The notes: generated from the letters alone by a model not told the origin. Numbered from the stretch's first letter, positions 35,425-49,472 are shown. The stretch: DNA of 52,610 bases from Paraspadella gotoi (GCA_051294375.1 CM119270.1:15446092-15498701), one strand, 5' to 3'. A program made the numbers and translations.

Positions 35425-35768
35425 CTTTTGAAGGGTGGACCACCGCGAAGCCATTAATCGCACCAAAGGGTTTTTCCGCAACAGGATTAAATCTTTCATC
35501 ATCAATCGCGTCTCCGTCGTCTATGTTGTTGATTTTGATTTTTGGATTGTTGTTTGTATGTTTGTCGCCGCTTGCGTTGTCGTCGTCGTCGAGTGTGTCT
35601 ACGTCACGTTTTTTTTCGCCAACTAGTTAAAGCTTTTTCGTCGTCGTCTCATCGTCATCAAGAGTCTTTGGTTTTGTTTTTGTTGTTGTTTCTTGACGAG
35701 TATTGTTGCGTTGTAACAACATCTTTGTCGCCTCTGTAACCCTTCCACTCGGCACAGTCAATCATTCT
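35425..35768 (-). CDS. Candidate Asp/Asn-rich exon (noisy copy)
   Basis: On the minus strand, CCAATAG|AGAATG acceptor and a consensus AAG|GTGAGT donor. The 3' end reads DERFNPVAEKPFGAINGFAVVHPSK. Contains internal indels. Confidence 0.35.
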
Positions 35769-36458
35769 CTATTGGAGCGTTGAGCAATTTTCTGTCCTCA
35801 ATATACCTATTAAAAAAAATAAATATATTAATATAAAATCATTTTCATAAGAGATTTCGTTCAAAATCTAACTCCTCATCGCTCGTCTTCTTCGTCGTCG
35901 TCTTCATGGTCGTCTTCGTCGTAATCGTCGTCGTCTCTTCATCGTCACCTAATTTTTAAAAATTTCAAACGAAAAAGAGCTTTCGAAAATTGATCCCTGC
36001 CTGGAGACGATGACTACGATGATAGAGATGACGATGATGAATGATGACGATGATGATGAGATGGATGAATGATCGATTGATGAATGATGATGATATGATG
36101 AAGTATGACTGAATTGTGACAAGGAGACGTCAATGAATTCAACGGCAGGACGAGAGATATATTTTGCAAACATATATTTTTTTCTTAATATATTCAAAGG
36201 ATAAATTTTAAAATTTAAATTGACAATTAAAGCAAATAAAATTAGATATATATCGGAAAATCTACTAAACTATTAACGCACGACAACGACAACGAGATAT
36301 TCATTAAGCAGGTTTAACCAAATTCGATTCGTTTTCTGGATAATTTTTTTTTCCCTTTTATTCTTTTTTGTCTTTATATTCTTACTCTTTTTTTTTTGTA
36401 CAAAAGATTCGCATCTGAAAAAACAGGATCCACGCGGATGTGAGATTGAGAGAGAGAT

Positions 36459-36518
<60 letters not shown>

Positions 36519-38407
36519 CTTATTTTACACCGTTTTTTTTCTTTTTATATCTTGTTTTAGTTTTTTTTTCCTTTGTTCTCTTTATTATTTCTGTTTTCTT
36601 TTCTTTTTCCACTCATTTTTGTGTCCTTTTCATTTTTCCTCTTCGTATCTTCATCGTCTTTAGTTATGTTTTCTTTCTTTTTTTCTCTTATCTCTCTTCT
36701 TTTTTTCGTCGTAATCGTCGTCGTCGTCTTCATCGTCACCAATTTTTAAAAATTTTTTAAACGAAAAAAGTTTTCGAAACTTGATCTCCGGCCTGGAGAC
36801 GATGACTACGATGATGATGATGATGACGATGATGACGATGATGACGATGATGATGATGATGATGATATTGATAATGAAGATGACTGATGTGTGACAATGG
36901 AGACGTCAATGAATTCAACGGAGGACGAGATGAGATTTTTTGCAAACATATATTTTTTCTTTAAATATTCAAAGGATAAATTTTAAATTTAAATTGACAA
37001 TTAAACCAATAAATATTAGTATATTATCGGAAAATCATAACTTAAACTATTACGACGACAACGACGACGACGACAACGAGGACGATGTGAGTCATTGCGG
37101 TTAACCGCAAGATTCGATTCGTTTTCTGGATAATTTTTTTTCCCTTTTATTCTTTTTTTTTCTTTTATATTTCTTAGTGTACTTTTATAATTTCTTATCT
37201 CTTTTTTTTTTGTTACATAATAGATTCGCATCTGAAAAAAACAGGATCTCCACAGCGGAGTGTTGAGTAGAGGTGAGAGAGAGAGGAGAGAAGAGAGGAA
37301 GAGAGTAGAGAGAGAGAGAGAGAGAAGAGAGAGAGGAGGAGAGAGAGAGAGAGAGAAGAGCTATTTACATGTTTNNNNNNNNNNNNNNNNNNNNNNNNNG
37401 AAAAGTTCGTTACTAAGCGCAATTTAAAAACGTGAATTCTACAAAGTTGCACAGTAATCATCAAATTTAGTGATTCAGGTGTGTGAAGGAGTTCGATGAG
37501 CACTGATTAGATTCGAGATTTTCGTCCAGTGACTGCTCACATCCGAGCACTCGTGAGAAGGGCTGGCGTGACCAAGTGCCGCTCGGGCTATATCGATGGT
37601 TCCATCACGAATACAAAGAGTAGGATCGATGATTGTTTTGTTTAGGCAGATCGAAATGTCGAAATTTGAGAGTACATTTGATTGTTAGTAGAAACAAATG
37701 CATGTTCTATGATTTTAAATTATATTTATTATTTTTTATTTATTAATTATCAGTGTCGAATTGCAGAAGGTAGATTTTATCGTTTTTCAGATCAGAATGG
37801 TAACCTGTAGCGGAGCCTAGTTGCTTTATGAGCAGGTTTCAAAGACGGTATTCGAGAGGTACATTGGAGTGAAAACTCAGTCATCCTTATATGCCATGAA
37901 CGAACGAGGATGACAGAACGAAGAGAACGTAGAAAAGAAAGAGTAAAAATATCTGGCGAATGACTGGGTGAGCTCATATCACATATAGAGTATAATTGAG
38001 AGGATGTTAAATTCAAGAGAATAAATCTAAGACGGACGAAAACCATGGAAAAAAAATCACGTGTTCCGATTTTGATCAGACTCGCGTCAATTTATCGCTT
38101 CTAAAACCACCAGCTTCTTTCCCTTAATCATATTTTTTCATCTCATCATGGCCCTCCCACGACGGGGCTACCCACCCAACAACCACCACCCCTCAACCAC
38201 ACTCCGCAGGCTCTCACACCCTCCATCTCGCTCGCCCTTGGAATAACAGAAAGTGTCCCCCCCCCGTATTCATGGCCGCGGTTTCCAAACTGCGCGGACA
38301 GGCCGCCTCCTCATTTTTTTTTATTCGCTCCTGCTTTACTCACCCTAAGGAGCCAAACCTGATTTCGCCGCTTTGTGGCCACGGTACTCATTTCCCCCGT
38401 TTGCCTT

Positions 38408-38443
<36 letters not shown>

Positions 38444-41400
38444 GTCGTCCGTCGTCCGACGTCGCGGTGCTTCTTCGTCTTGATTTTTTGACATCGTTTA
38501 TTGCGGTTCGTAACTGTTGCATCTCTCGAGTTTCGATCCTTCATGTAATTTATTCCTTGTTTTTCAATAAATTAATCAATCTCTCCTTGCCTGTTGTAAT
38601 TTTTTTCATTTCTCTCCCCACCCGCCCACTGTCGCCGGCCGCCTGCCCCTGTCTCCACAGTCCTTTCGCCCAGCCCACCAATGAGTTCCCCAGTATCCCA
38701 GCCCTTTTGCCTAATACGTCGTAATCGCAGGCTCTCAAGGATTTCGCTGAGCATTTGGTCCTTAACTTTTTTTGTGCTTTACCAGATATCAAGAATCGGA
38801 TTTTTTCCGTTCGTCGTTCGTTATCGTCGTCGTCGATCGTGCGTCGCACTTTTTCGTTGTTTTCCTCAAAAAAAGAATTATTTTCTCATCGTCTCTGAAT
38901 CGAATTTTCTCTGCTCGTAATGACTAATCTTAATTACACAAAAGTTATTTGTCTTAGCTATTCGTGTTAGTTCCCATTTATAAATAAACTCGTACGTAAA
39001 TAAAAACTTTTTTTTTAAAGGTTTAGAGACGAACGTGTAATATTTCACTTTGACAATTACTAATCTACTTCTCTTATACTAAAACAAAATCTTTTAATCT
39101 ATCAAGTATCAATAGTGACTGGTGTCTCATCTCAACGGACCACACGCTGGTTAACCGATTATAAAGGGTAACCTTTTCGTCGTCGTCGTCGTCCAAATAA
39201 CTAAAAAACACCTTTTGAAGGGTGGACCACTTCCGCGAAGCCCATTAATCGCCTACCAAAAGGGTTTTTTCCGCAACAGGAATTAAATCTTTCATCGTTC
39301 TCTCGTCGTCGTCTCTATGTTTTGTTTTTGCAATTTTGTTTATTGTTGTTGTAGTTTGTGCGCCGTTCTGGTTTGTCGTCGTCGTCGAGGTTGTCTTACG
39401 TCATCGTTTTTTTTCGACACTAGGTTAAAGGCTTTTTTCGTCGTCTCGTCGTCATCAAGTCATCGTCTTTGTTGGTTTGTTTTGTTGTTTGTTTTCTTTG
39501 AAGTAAGTTTGTGTCGTTGTTAACAACATCTGTTGTCGCCGTTAACCCTCACTCGGACAGTCAATCATTCTCTATTGGAGCGTGAGCATTTTCTGTCCTC
39601 AATATAACCCTTTAATATATATATATTATTTTTTTATATAATCATTTTTCATGCCAGAGAGTTTCGTTCTCTAAATCTCCTCATCTCGCGCAGTCGTCTT
39701 CTTCGTCGTCGTCTTAATGGTGTCTTCGTCGTAATCGTCGTCGTCGTCTTCATCGTTTCAACCAATTTTTAAAAATTTTTTTAAACGAAAAAGAGTTTTC
39801 GAAACTTGATCTCGGCCTGGAGACGATGACTAACGATGATGAGTGATGATGACGATGATGACGATGATGACGATGATGATGATGATGATGATATTGATAA
39901 TGAAGTATGACTGATGTGTGACAATGGAGACGTCAATGGAAATTCAACGGAGGACGAGATGAGATTTTTTTGCAAACATATAATTTTTTTCTTAAAATAA
40001 TTCAAAGGATAAATTTTAAAATTTAAATTGACAATTAAACGCAAATAAATTAGGTATATTATCGAAAATCATTAACTTAACTAAATTACGAACGACAACG
40101 ACGACGACGATCACGAGGACGATGTGAGTCATTGGCGTAACGCAAGATTCGATTCGTTTTCTGGATATATTTTTTTTCCCTTTATTTCTTTTTTTCGTCT
40201 TTTATTATTTCTTACTCTTTTTTTTTTGTTACAGAAAGATTCGCATCTGAAAAAAACAGGATCCACGCGGAGTGTTGAGTGAGAGAGCAGAGAGAGAGAT
40301 GCAGAGACAGAGAGAGAGACGAGAGAGAGAGAGAAGATGAGAGAGAGAGAGAGAAGAGAGAGAGAGACTCTTACTATTTACACGCGTTTCTTTTTTCTTT
40401 TTATATCTTTGTTTTTAGTTTTTTTTTCTTTTTGTTCTCTTTATTATTTCTGTTTTCTTTTCTGTTTTTCCCCTCATTTTCTTTTTGTCCTTTCATTTTT
40501 CCTTCTTCGTATCTTCATCGGTCTTTAGTTATGTTTGTTCTTTTATTCTCTCTTTTTGTTTTTTCTCGTTTATGCTCAACGTCCTTTGCTACTTTTTGGG
40601 CCGAACCCGAAGAAAAAGAGAGACACAAAAAGAGACCGATAAAGCAATCAACTAACCTACCAAGCATTTAACCAAGCAATACACAAACCAAACAATATTA
40701 ATCGGACAAGAAAACCTAAGTAGTCTGTATATAAAATATTAAATATTAAATTCCCCCCATTTTCCCGTTTTGTAAACATCCCATAAAATAAAATCAAAAT
40801 ATGAAAACAAATCAGATAACTTTCTTAACGTTTCACATCTTATTCATTCACCGAAAAAAAAACACAAGAAAAAAAACAACAAAAGAATAATAAAAACAAA
40901 TCTCTTTGTTTTCTTTTCTTTGGTTTCGATCGAAACCACTGATGAGCTTCTCCAGATCAAAAAAAAAAAAAGGAAAAAAGAAAAAAAAAAGGAAAAAAAA
41001 GAAAAAAAGCTTCAAAAACATATGATCGCTGAACAAAAACGAGTTTAAAAAGTCCAGGCCTCTTTCTTTTTTTCTTTTTTTTCGAGACGAGGCGCCTTTT
41101 AAAATCTTGTTATCTTTCGAGTGAAGATTTATTTTTCTTTCCCTTTTTTTTTATTCATTGATCTATTTATAACTTCGACCGATGCATGCGTGTTTGGTAG
41201 AACGGTAAAAGATTTAGTTTTTTTTAGTTTTTTTTAAACTAATGTTTTTTGGACAGTTCCGATTATAATTTAACAATAAGGAAAGTTATTTAAGAAATCC
41301 ACGCCTTAACCAATACCAGCCTTTTGTTCCAAATCAAAGGCTTNNNNNNNNNNCGTGTAATATTTCACTTTGACAATTACTAATCTACTTCTTTATACTA

Positions 41401-41531
41401 AAACAAAATCTTTAATCTATCAATATCAAATAGTGACTGAGTGACTCTCTTCTCTAACGGACCACACGCTGGTAACCGATTATAAAGGGTAACCTTTTCG
41501 TCGTCGTCGTCGTCCAAAAATAAAAAACCAC

Positions 41532-41867
41532 CTTTTGAAGGGTGGACCACCCGCGAAGCCATTAATCGCCACCAAAAGGGTTTTTCCGCAACAGGATTAA
41601 ATCTTTCATCGTCATCATCGTCGTCGTCTATGTTGTTGTTTTTGATTTTGTTATTGTTGTTGTAGTTTGTCGCCGTTTGGTTGTCGTCGTCGTCGAGGTT
41701 GTCTACGTCATCGTTTTTTTCGCCACTAGGTTAAAGCTTTTTTCGTCGTCGTCGTCATCGTCATCGTCTTTGTTGGTTTTGTTTTTGTTGTTGTTTCTTG
41801 AAGTAGTTGTTGTCGTTGTTAACAACATCGTTGTCGCCGTTAACCCTGCACTCGGACAGTCAATCAT
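41532..41867 (-). CDS. Candidate Asp/Asn-rich exon (cleanest copy)
   Basis: The cross-copy consensus reads MIDCPS(G/A)GLTATTMLLTTTTTTSRNNNKNKTNKDDDDDDDDEKSFNLV(S/A)KKNDDVDNLDDDDNQTATNYNNNNKIKNNNIDDDDDDDERFNPVAEKP. It needs the 8-A run seen in the 35.6 and 39.4 kb copies; this copy has 7. Confidence 0.4.
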
Positions 41868-42213
41868 TCTCATTGGAGCGTGAGCATTTTCTGTCCTCAA
41901 TATACCTTTATATATATATATATTTATATATAATCATTTTCATGAAAGAGTTTCGTTCTCTAACTCCTCATCGCGGTCGTCTTCTTCGTCGTCGTCTTCA
42001 TGGTCGTCTTCGTCGTAATCGTCGTCGTCGTCTTCATCGTCACCAATTCAAGAGAAGAAGCATTCTTTATTCTTTTTATTCTCTTTATATTTCTTACTCT
42101 TTTTTTTTTGTTACAAAAGATTCGCATCTGAAAAAAACAGAAAGACCATCCACTCGCGGAGTGGTTGACGTGGTGAGAGAGAGACGGCAGAGAGCAGACG
42201 AGAGCAGAGAGAT

Positions 42214-42248
<35 letters not shown>

Positions 42249-43945
42249 AAGAGCAGAGAGAGAGAGAGAGAGCTATTTACCGCGCTTTCTTTTTATCTTC
42301 TTTATCATCCGTTGGTTTTTTAGTTTCTTTCTTTCGTTCTTGTTCCTCCTTTAATTCATTTCGTCGATTGTTGCGTCTGTTATCTGTTATTTCGAGGCTA
42401 TTTTCGTCGTGAGTCCTTCGGGGCATCATTTGTTCCTTTCTTCGACTGCCTTCACGGATGCGTTAGTTCATGGTTGTTACTTCTTATTCTCTCCGTCTTT
42501 CTAGCTTTTTTTCGTTTCATCGCTCAACGTGCCCTTTAGCCTAGCTTTTCTGGGGCCGAACTGCGCGAAGGACAGAAAGAGAGACACAAAAACGAGACCG
42601 ATAAAAGCGAAATCAAAACTAACCAGTAAGCGCGAAGGGAGACAGGCTTGTTAAGTCGCGAGCGTAAGCAACATACACAAGACCAACACATATTCATTGT
42701 CACGCGCACTAAGAGTGCGGGAACCTAGAGTACGTCTGTGATACATAAAGCATATTAAAATATTAAACTTCCCCCATTTTCCCGTTTTTGTAAACACTGC
42801 CCGGATAAAAATGCAAATCAAAATATAAAACAAATCCAGTTAACTTCTATAACGTTTCACTCTTATTCATTCACCGAAAAAAAACACAGAGAAAAAACAA
42901 CAAAAGAATAATAAACAACAATCTCTTTGTTTTCTTTTCTTTGGTTCGATCGAAACCACTGAGAGCTTCTCCAGATCAAAAAAAAAAAAAAAAGGAAAAA
43001 AAGAAAAAAAAAGGAAAAAAAAAGAAAAAAAGGCTTCAAAAAACATATGATCGCTGAACAAACCGAGTTTTAAAAAGTCCAGGCCTCTTTCTTTCTTTTT
43101 TCTTTTTTTTTCCGACGCCGCACCTCTTAAATCTTGTTATCTTTTCGAGTGAAGTTTATTTTTCTTCCCTTTTTTTATTCATGATCTATTTATACATGTA
43201 TCTAATCCGATGACGTGTTGGTCTCAGCAGACGGTAAAAGATTTACGTTTTTTAGTTTTTTTTTAACTAATGTTTTTTTGGAGCAGTTTCCGATTATAAT
43301 TTAACAATAAGGAAAGTTATTTAAGAAATCCACGCCTTAACCAAAACCAGCCTTTTGTTCCAAATCAAAGGCTTCGTCCAAAGATACAACATTNNNNNNN
43401 NNNNNNNNNNNNNNNNNNTAATTTACTTTCTTTCCAACTTAATATAAATTCAAAACAGAAAAATGAGTTTCGAAACTTGATCCCGTGCCTGGAGGACGTA
43501 TGACTACGATGACTAGACGATCGACGATGATGTATGATGATGACGATGATGATGATGATGGATGAATGATCGATTGATGATATGATGATGATATGATGAA
43601 GTATGACTGATGTGTGACAAGGAGACGTCAATGAATTCAACGGAGGACGAGATGATATTTTTGCAAACATATATTTTTTTCTTGAAATATTCAAAGGATA
43701 AATTTTAAATTTAAATTGACAATTAAACCAAATAAAATTAGATATACTATCGGAAAATCATACTAAAACTATTACGACGACAACGACGACGAGATATGTC
43801 ATTGCGGTTAACCCAAGATTCGATTCGTTTTCTGGATAATTTTTTTTTCCCTTTTATTCTTTTTTCTCTTTTATATTTCTTACTCTTTTTTTTTTGTTAC
43901 AAAAGATTCGCATCTGAAAAAACAGGATCCACGCGGATGTGAGTT

Positions 43946-44021
<76 letters not shown>

Positions 44022-44938
44022 ATTTTACACGCGTTTTTTTTCTTTTTATATCTTGTTTTTAGTTTTTTTTTCCTTTTGTTCTCTTTATTATGTTCTGTTT
44101 TCTTTTCTGTTTTTCCACTTTCATTTTCTGTTGTCCTTTTCATTTTTCCTCTTCGTATCTTCATCATCTTTATTATGTTTTCTTTCTTATTTTCTCTTAT
44201 CTCTCTTCTTTTTTTTTTTTTTCACAAATGTTATTCGTCATGTTAGATCTCCCGTCGCGTCAACGTGTAATTGTAAGCCGTCCATCGGACCGAAACGAGA
44301 AACCGTCAACCTATTTTCAGCTCAAATTTGGATTTTCACTTTTCTAAAGTGATTTTCCTTTTTTTTTTACTTCATCTTCGACGTCTTTACCTTTTATTTT
44401 CGGTTTTTGATTCACTCAAAGAAAAAAAAAGAAAAAAAAAGGATCCCTTCCTAAAATAGAGAAGCATTACCGAAAAGAAAGGAATGGGGGAAAAAAATTG
44501 AAAGAATAAAGTTGATAAAAGTCCATTACTGAGATAGACGGGGATGGCGGCCGATGCGGTGGTAGGGGAGGGGGTAAGCTCGATGGTGGTGGAGGTGAAA
44601 CGATTGTGAGAGAAGTCTTAGAGATAGTTGAATCTTCGAAAGATTAAGAGTATTAAGTATTTAAGAATTTGTAATAGATTACAATGGAAAATGTCAGTGA
44701 CTTAAAGCATTTAAATAGGAGAAATCCAATTTGTTAATGACGATAGCTACAGTAAGGGTGGTATAAGTAGCGCTACCATCGCGACGGCGACCTCTGTACA
44801 TCTTTAACAGCGTCGGCGGCGGCGGCGGAGGCGAGCTCTCCGTTCGTGCAGAAGCTAGAAATTTTTATTATTTTTTGGCGCTTTGCCATTTTTCAGGCGT
44901 TGCTAATCTCTGATGAACGACTTGATAAAAAGTAACGC

Positions 44939-44974
<36 letters not shown>

Positions 44975-45566
44975 TTATTGTTTCTTTTTTCTCTCTTTTC
45001 TCTCCTTCGTCTCTCTCTCTTCTCATTCTTCATCATATTCTTTTCTTCTTCTCTCTCTCTCTTCCTCCTCTCTCTCCTCTCTCTTTCTCCCCACCTCTCT
45101 TCATCTTCTCAACTCTCTCTGGAGGTAGCAATCATTCATCATCGCTACTCTTTCATCCTGCTCTTCCTCCTCTCTTCCTTTTCACTTTCCCATATTGTCT
45201 CTTTATTTTATTTTCCCTAATTTACCCTCATCTCCTCCCATCTGCGTCAGCGTTCTCTCTCTTCATCTCTCTCTCTCTCTCTCGTTCTCTCTCTCTGTCT
45301 CTCTCTCCTCTCTCTCTCTCTTCCTTTCCCTTAGTCCTTTTTATTCATCTCTCTTTTCTCTCCCTCTCTCTAATCTTTTATCTGCTCCGACTCTTCTCTC
45401 TTTCATCCAACTCCCATCTTCCTTTATTCACACCTTTACCCGCTTCTTATCTTCAATACATTCTCCCTTCCTCCTTCCTATTCCACTCTCTCATCTCACT
45501 CCTCGTCACTTCACCCCTTAGTTCTCTTCCACCTCAGTTTCTTCTACAATCAAATAGATCCATTTG

Positions 45567-47493
45567 TGCGTTTTTCTTTTTTTTTTCTCAGTGAGATTCC
45601 ACGACATCTAAGTCCTCGCTGTTTGAAGAAATATTAAGGTTCTATCTCCTCTCTCTCATCATTTTCTCTCCTCTGCTCTCTCTCCTCCTCTCTTTCCTCT
45701 ACTCTCTCTCGTTCTTCTCTCTCGTCTCTCTCATCTCTGCTTCTCTCTCTCTCTTTACTCTCTCTCTTCTCTCTCGTCTTCTTTGCTCATCCTCTCTCCC
45801 TTAACCTATTTTTCCATCAAATCCTCTTTTTTTCGAATCTTTATAATCCCCCAGGCCCAGAGTTTCTGCTCTCTTCTAATCGCCCATCTTCTTTTTATTT
45901 CTTTCTCGTTTTTTTTTTCTTTCCATTCGTTTCTTATCTTTCTTTTTTCTTTCTCTCATTAGATAGCGCCTCTTCTTCCATCACAGCATTCAAACCAAAG
46001 CAATGTTTCAAAGAGCCCGCTTTCCATTCTTATTTCTCGTTTTTCTTTCTACTTTCTTCTTCTTCTTTCTTTCTTTCTTTCTTTCTTTCCTTCTTTCTTT
46101 CTTTTTCTTGTCTATTCTTCTTTCTTTCTCTCTCTTTCCTTCCTGTTTTCTTTTCTCTTGATTACTCTTCATTAACTAAGCTTCTATATCTAATCTTAAT
46201 AATATTATTCCTAATCTCTCTCCTCCTCGCTCTACCTCCCTTGTTTGTTTAAATGTATTTTCTCCGTATTTGTTTTTTTTCCTCCCAGATTCTTATTATT
46301 TCTTCGTCTCCTCCTCTTCATTCATCATTTTTTCCCATATAAAATTTCACATGCTCCATTTCGTCTGTCTTTTGGGTCGGGTTGAATCAAATACTTCATT
46401 TCTTTCAAAAGAATGGAGAGGAGGAAGGGGGGGGAGGAGGAGGCAGGTGAGGAGGAGGAGGTAAAGAAGGAGGAGGAAGAAAAAAGATAGAAAAGCAAGA
46501 ATGAAGCATTTAGTAGAGGGCAATGAAATAAGAATTAGACGGTAGGTAGCGGTTATGAGAAGGAGAGAAGTGAGGGAATGAATATTGAAAATATTAAACG
46601 TAACTATAGACATTATTCAACAAGCCGTTTCTGGTATAATAAAAAAAAGAAATAAATGGTCAATAATTCGTGTACTATTTGAATATAAGTGACATAGTCT
46701 TTCAAACACAATTTTTGTTTTTCGTTCATTCGCCTTTTCATTCCCTCTCTCCATCAAGGATTTTTTTACTACCAGAGACACATAGATGAGCGCCCTGAGA
46801 AACAACCTACCGAGTCCAGTCCGAGTCCATCTAAGTCAGGCCGTCAGAGGATGGAGAGAGCATAGTAATGATTGTATGTTAGATCTTAGAGAGTCACGAC
46901 GAGCCCATGCCTCTATAATATTTAAGCGAAATCTGACCGAACCCGCGTCGGGGTCACGTTCACTTTCGTTACGCGATATTCACGGCGCTGGACCAGTTGA
47001 ACAGAGAGTGACGGCGTGAGGTGCTGTGANNNNNNNNNNNNNNNNNNNNNNNNNTGGTTTTTCTTTTTTTTTCTCAGTGAGATTCACCATCTAAGTCTCG
47101 CGTGAAAAATATAAGGTTCTATCTCTCTCTCTCTCTNNNNNNNNNNNNNNNNNNNNNNNNNNNNNNNNNNNNNNNNNNNNNNNNNNNNNNNNNNNNNNNN
47201 NNNNNNNNNNNNNNNNNNNNNNNNNNNNNNNNNNNNNNNNNNNNNNNNNNNNNNNNNNNNNNNNNNNNNNNNNNNNNNNNNNNNNNNNNNNNNNNNNNNN
47301 NNNNNNNNNNNNNNNNNNNNNNNNTTCTGCTCTCTTCAATCGCCATCTTTCTTTTTATTTCTTTTCTCTTTTTTTCTTTCCATCTTTCTTTCTTTTTTTC
47401 TTTCTCTCATTAGATGCGCCTCTTCCATCACAGATTCAAACCAAACAATGTTTCAAACGAGCCGCTTTCATTCTTATTCTCTTTTTCTTTCTA

Positions 47494-47564
<71 letters not shown>

Positions 47565-48245
47565 TTTCCTTCCTGTTTTCTTTCTTTTGATTATTTATTA
47601 ACTAAGTTCTATATCTAATCTTAATAATATTATTCTATTCTCTCTCGCTTATCTTTTGTTAATGTATTTCTCCTTTGTTTTTTTCCTCCCAAGATTCTTA
47701 TTATTTCTTCGTCTCCTCCTCTTCATCATTTTTCCATATAAATCACTCTCCATCTCTTTTCTGTCGGTTGACCAAATCACTTCATTTCTTCAAAAGAATG
47801 GAGGAGGAGGGGGAGGAGGAGGAGGAGGAGGAGGAGGAAGAGGAGGAGGAGAAAGAAGAAAAGCAGAATGAGCATATAGAAGGGCATGAATAAGAATTAC
47901 GTAGGTAGCGTTATGAGAAGGAGAAGTGAGGGGAGAAATGAAAATAAACGTACTAAAGACAAAAAGTTGGATAATAAAAAAAAAAAATGTCAAATCGTTA
48001 CATTGAAATAGTGACATAGTCTTCACAACATTTTGTTTTCGATTCGCTCATTCCCCATCCCGAGACCTGAGAGCCCGAGACCCCGAGTCCAGTCCGAGTC
48101 CATCTGGTCGCCGGCGTGACTTTTTTTTCTTTCCTCATAAAATATTTAAAGCGAAATCTGACCGAACCGCGTCGGGTCACGTTTTCACTTTTCGTTCACG
48201 CGATATTCACGCGCGACCAGTGACGAGTGACGCGTGAGGCTGTGA
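45567..48245. repeat. Duplication across a 25-N gap (45567-47029 vs 47055-48245)
   Basis: Shared TTTTTCTCAGTGAGATTC, GCGCCTCTT, CCGAGTCCAGTCCGAGTCCATCT and GCGAAATCTGACCGAACC, with indel-type differences. Confidence 0.9.
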
Positions 48246-48662
48246 AGTTAGACATGAAAAGATTTTGACTTCACTGTATGGGGATTGGAATGAGCGCGGG
48301 GTCGCGTGAAAGGAACAAGAATAGCCAGACTCATTTCGCCTTTGTTGTGTTGTTCTTTTTGAATAACCAGGTAACAAGGATTTATTACTTTAGCACCCCG
48401 TATTATATTATATATTATTAAAGCGAAAAACTTGTATGAATATAAAGGATTATCATTGACTACATTATACGTACACAAGAAATCTCTTAATTTTTAGCAT
48501 TATTGTTAATGTTCAGCGAATCGCGAGATGAATTCTTTTTTTAATAACTTCATAATTCTTAATCCCATGAATGACTAGAGTTGTAAAAAGTAAATCCGCC
48601 TAAACAACAACAATAACTCTTCTTCTTCGTATTCATGGGCGCAAAGAAGCGGAATGACGTCT

Positions 48663-48665
<3 letters not shown>

Positions 48666-48746
<81 letters not shown>
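48666..48746. repeat. Perfect (GA)n microsatellite
   Basis: Direct reading. Confidence 0.97.
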
Positions 48747-48748
<2 letters not shown>

Positions 48749-49323
48749 TTAATCGTCGCTGTCGTCTCTATTTTCCATGAGCTACAACAACAAAGACGTA
48801 AAGGGATCTTTTATCTAAAAAAAAAATCGTGAAAAGTTTGTTTATCTTTTAAAAAAACAAATTGACGGATTTTCGAAATTCATCGCTCGTGAAATGGAAT
48901 TTAAAATCGAGTACTCGTCAACGACGATGACGACGACGACGATGACGACGACGAAAGCTTTAATCCCTCTCTGCTCAGATTCATAACCAGAATGACGATG
49001 ACGAGAAGATGCGGTCGAACAAAATGACAACCACAGTGATGACGACGACACCAGTGACGACGACGTCGACGAAGACAACGATCTAACGTTTTCAAAATCA
49101 TTGCGTACCCAATGAAATGTTGTTCATTATGGAAATTTCGGAGCATTCGTTTTAGTTGCAAGTGAATTTGACTAATAATTAAAAAGATTTCGACTGCTAA
49201 TATTACTTTAACGTTAATGAGTTTTCTTTTATAATTACGTAGTAGAAACGACCCCTCGGCGAGATATTTGAGAATTCTTATATTGGTTGAAACAATTTCA
49301 CACCGCCTTCATTTTTCCCGCCG

Positions 49324-49472
49324 TGACCTGCTTTTCAACATTGTCGTCCCCTTTAGCCTCGATTGACCTGGTTCGTCACCGATAACCCGTTTCGCTTTCC
49401 GTGACCCTGGAGTTTCCACCTTTTCGCGACATCCGTGACCTCGTTCGTGACCTCTGACCCAGTTTGTGACCC
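49324..49472 (-). promoter_or_regulatory. Cluster of seven RGGTCA nuclear-receptor half-sites including a consensus DR1
   Basis: TGACCY at 49324, 49364, 49402, 49436, 49448, 49455 and 49467, all in the same orientation. TGACCTCTGACCC (49448-49460) is GGGTCAGAGGTCA on the minus strand. Confidence 0.35.

Larger units (their letters stand above)
32840..44220. repeat. Mosaic of 2-5 noisy copies of one ~4.5 kb region
   Basis: Anchors: GAAAGTTCGTTACT 32840/37400; CCTTTTGAAGGGTGGACC ~33896/35424/39211/41531; GTCAATCATTCTC 34229/35757/39560/41859; GGAGACGTCAATG ~36123/36899/39926/43621; GATTCGCATCTGAAAAAA ~36406/37223/40238/42119/43904. Block 40570-41343 is repeated at 42520-43373. Confidence 0.9.

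Noticed and set aside
36795-36890. Plus-strand poly-Asp frame / minus-strand poly-His ORF
   Set aside because: It is a (GAT)n microsatellite, and its frame and stops are inconsistent between copies.
40921-40955. Palindrome TGGTTTCGATCGAAACCA followed by CTGATGAG
   Set aside because: GAAA and CUGAUGA are too close for a type II hammerhead, and the second copy (42950) reads CTGAGAG.
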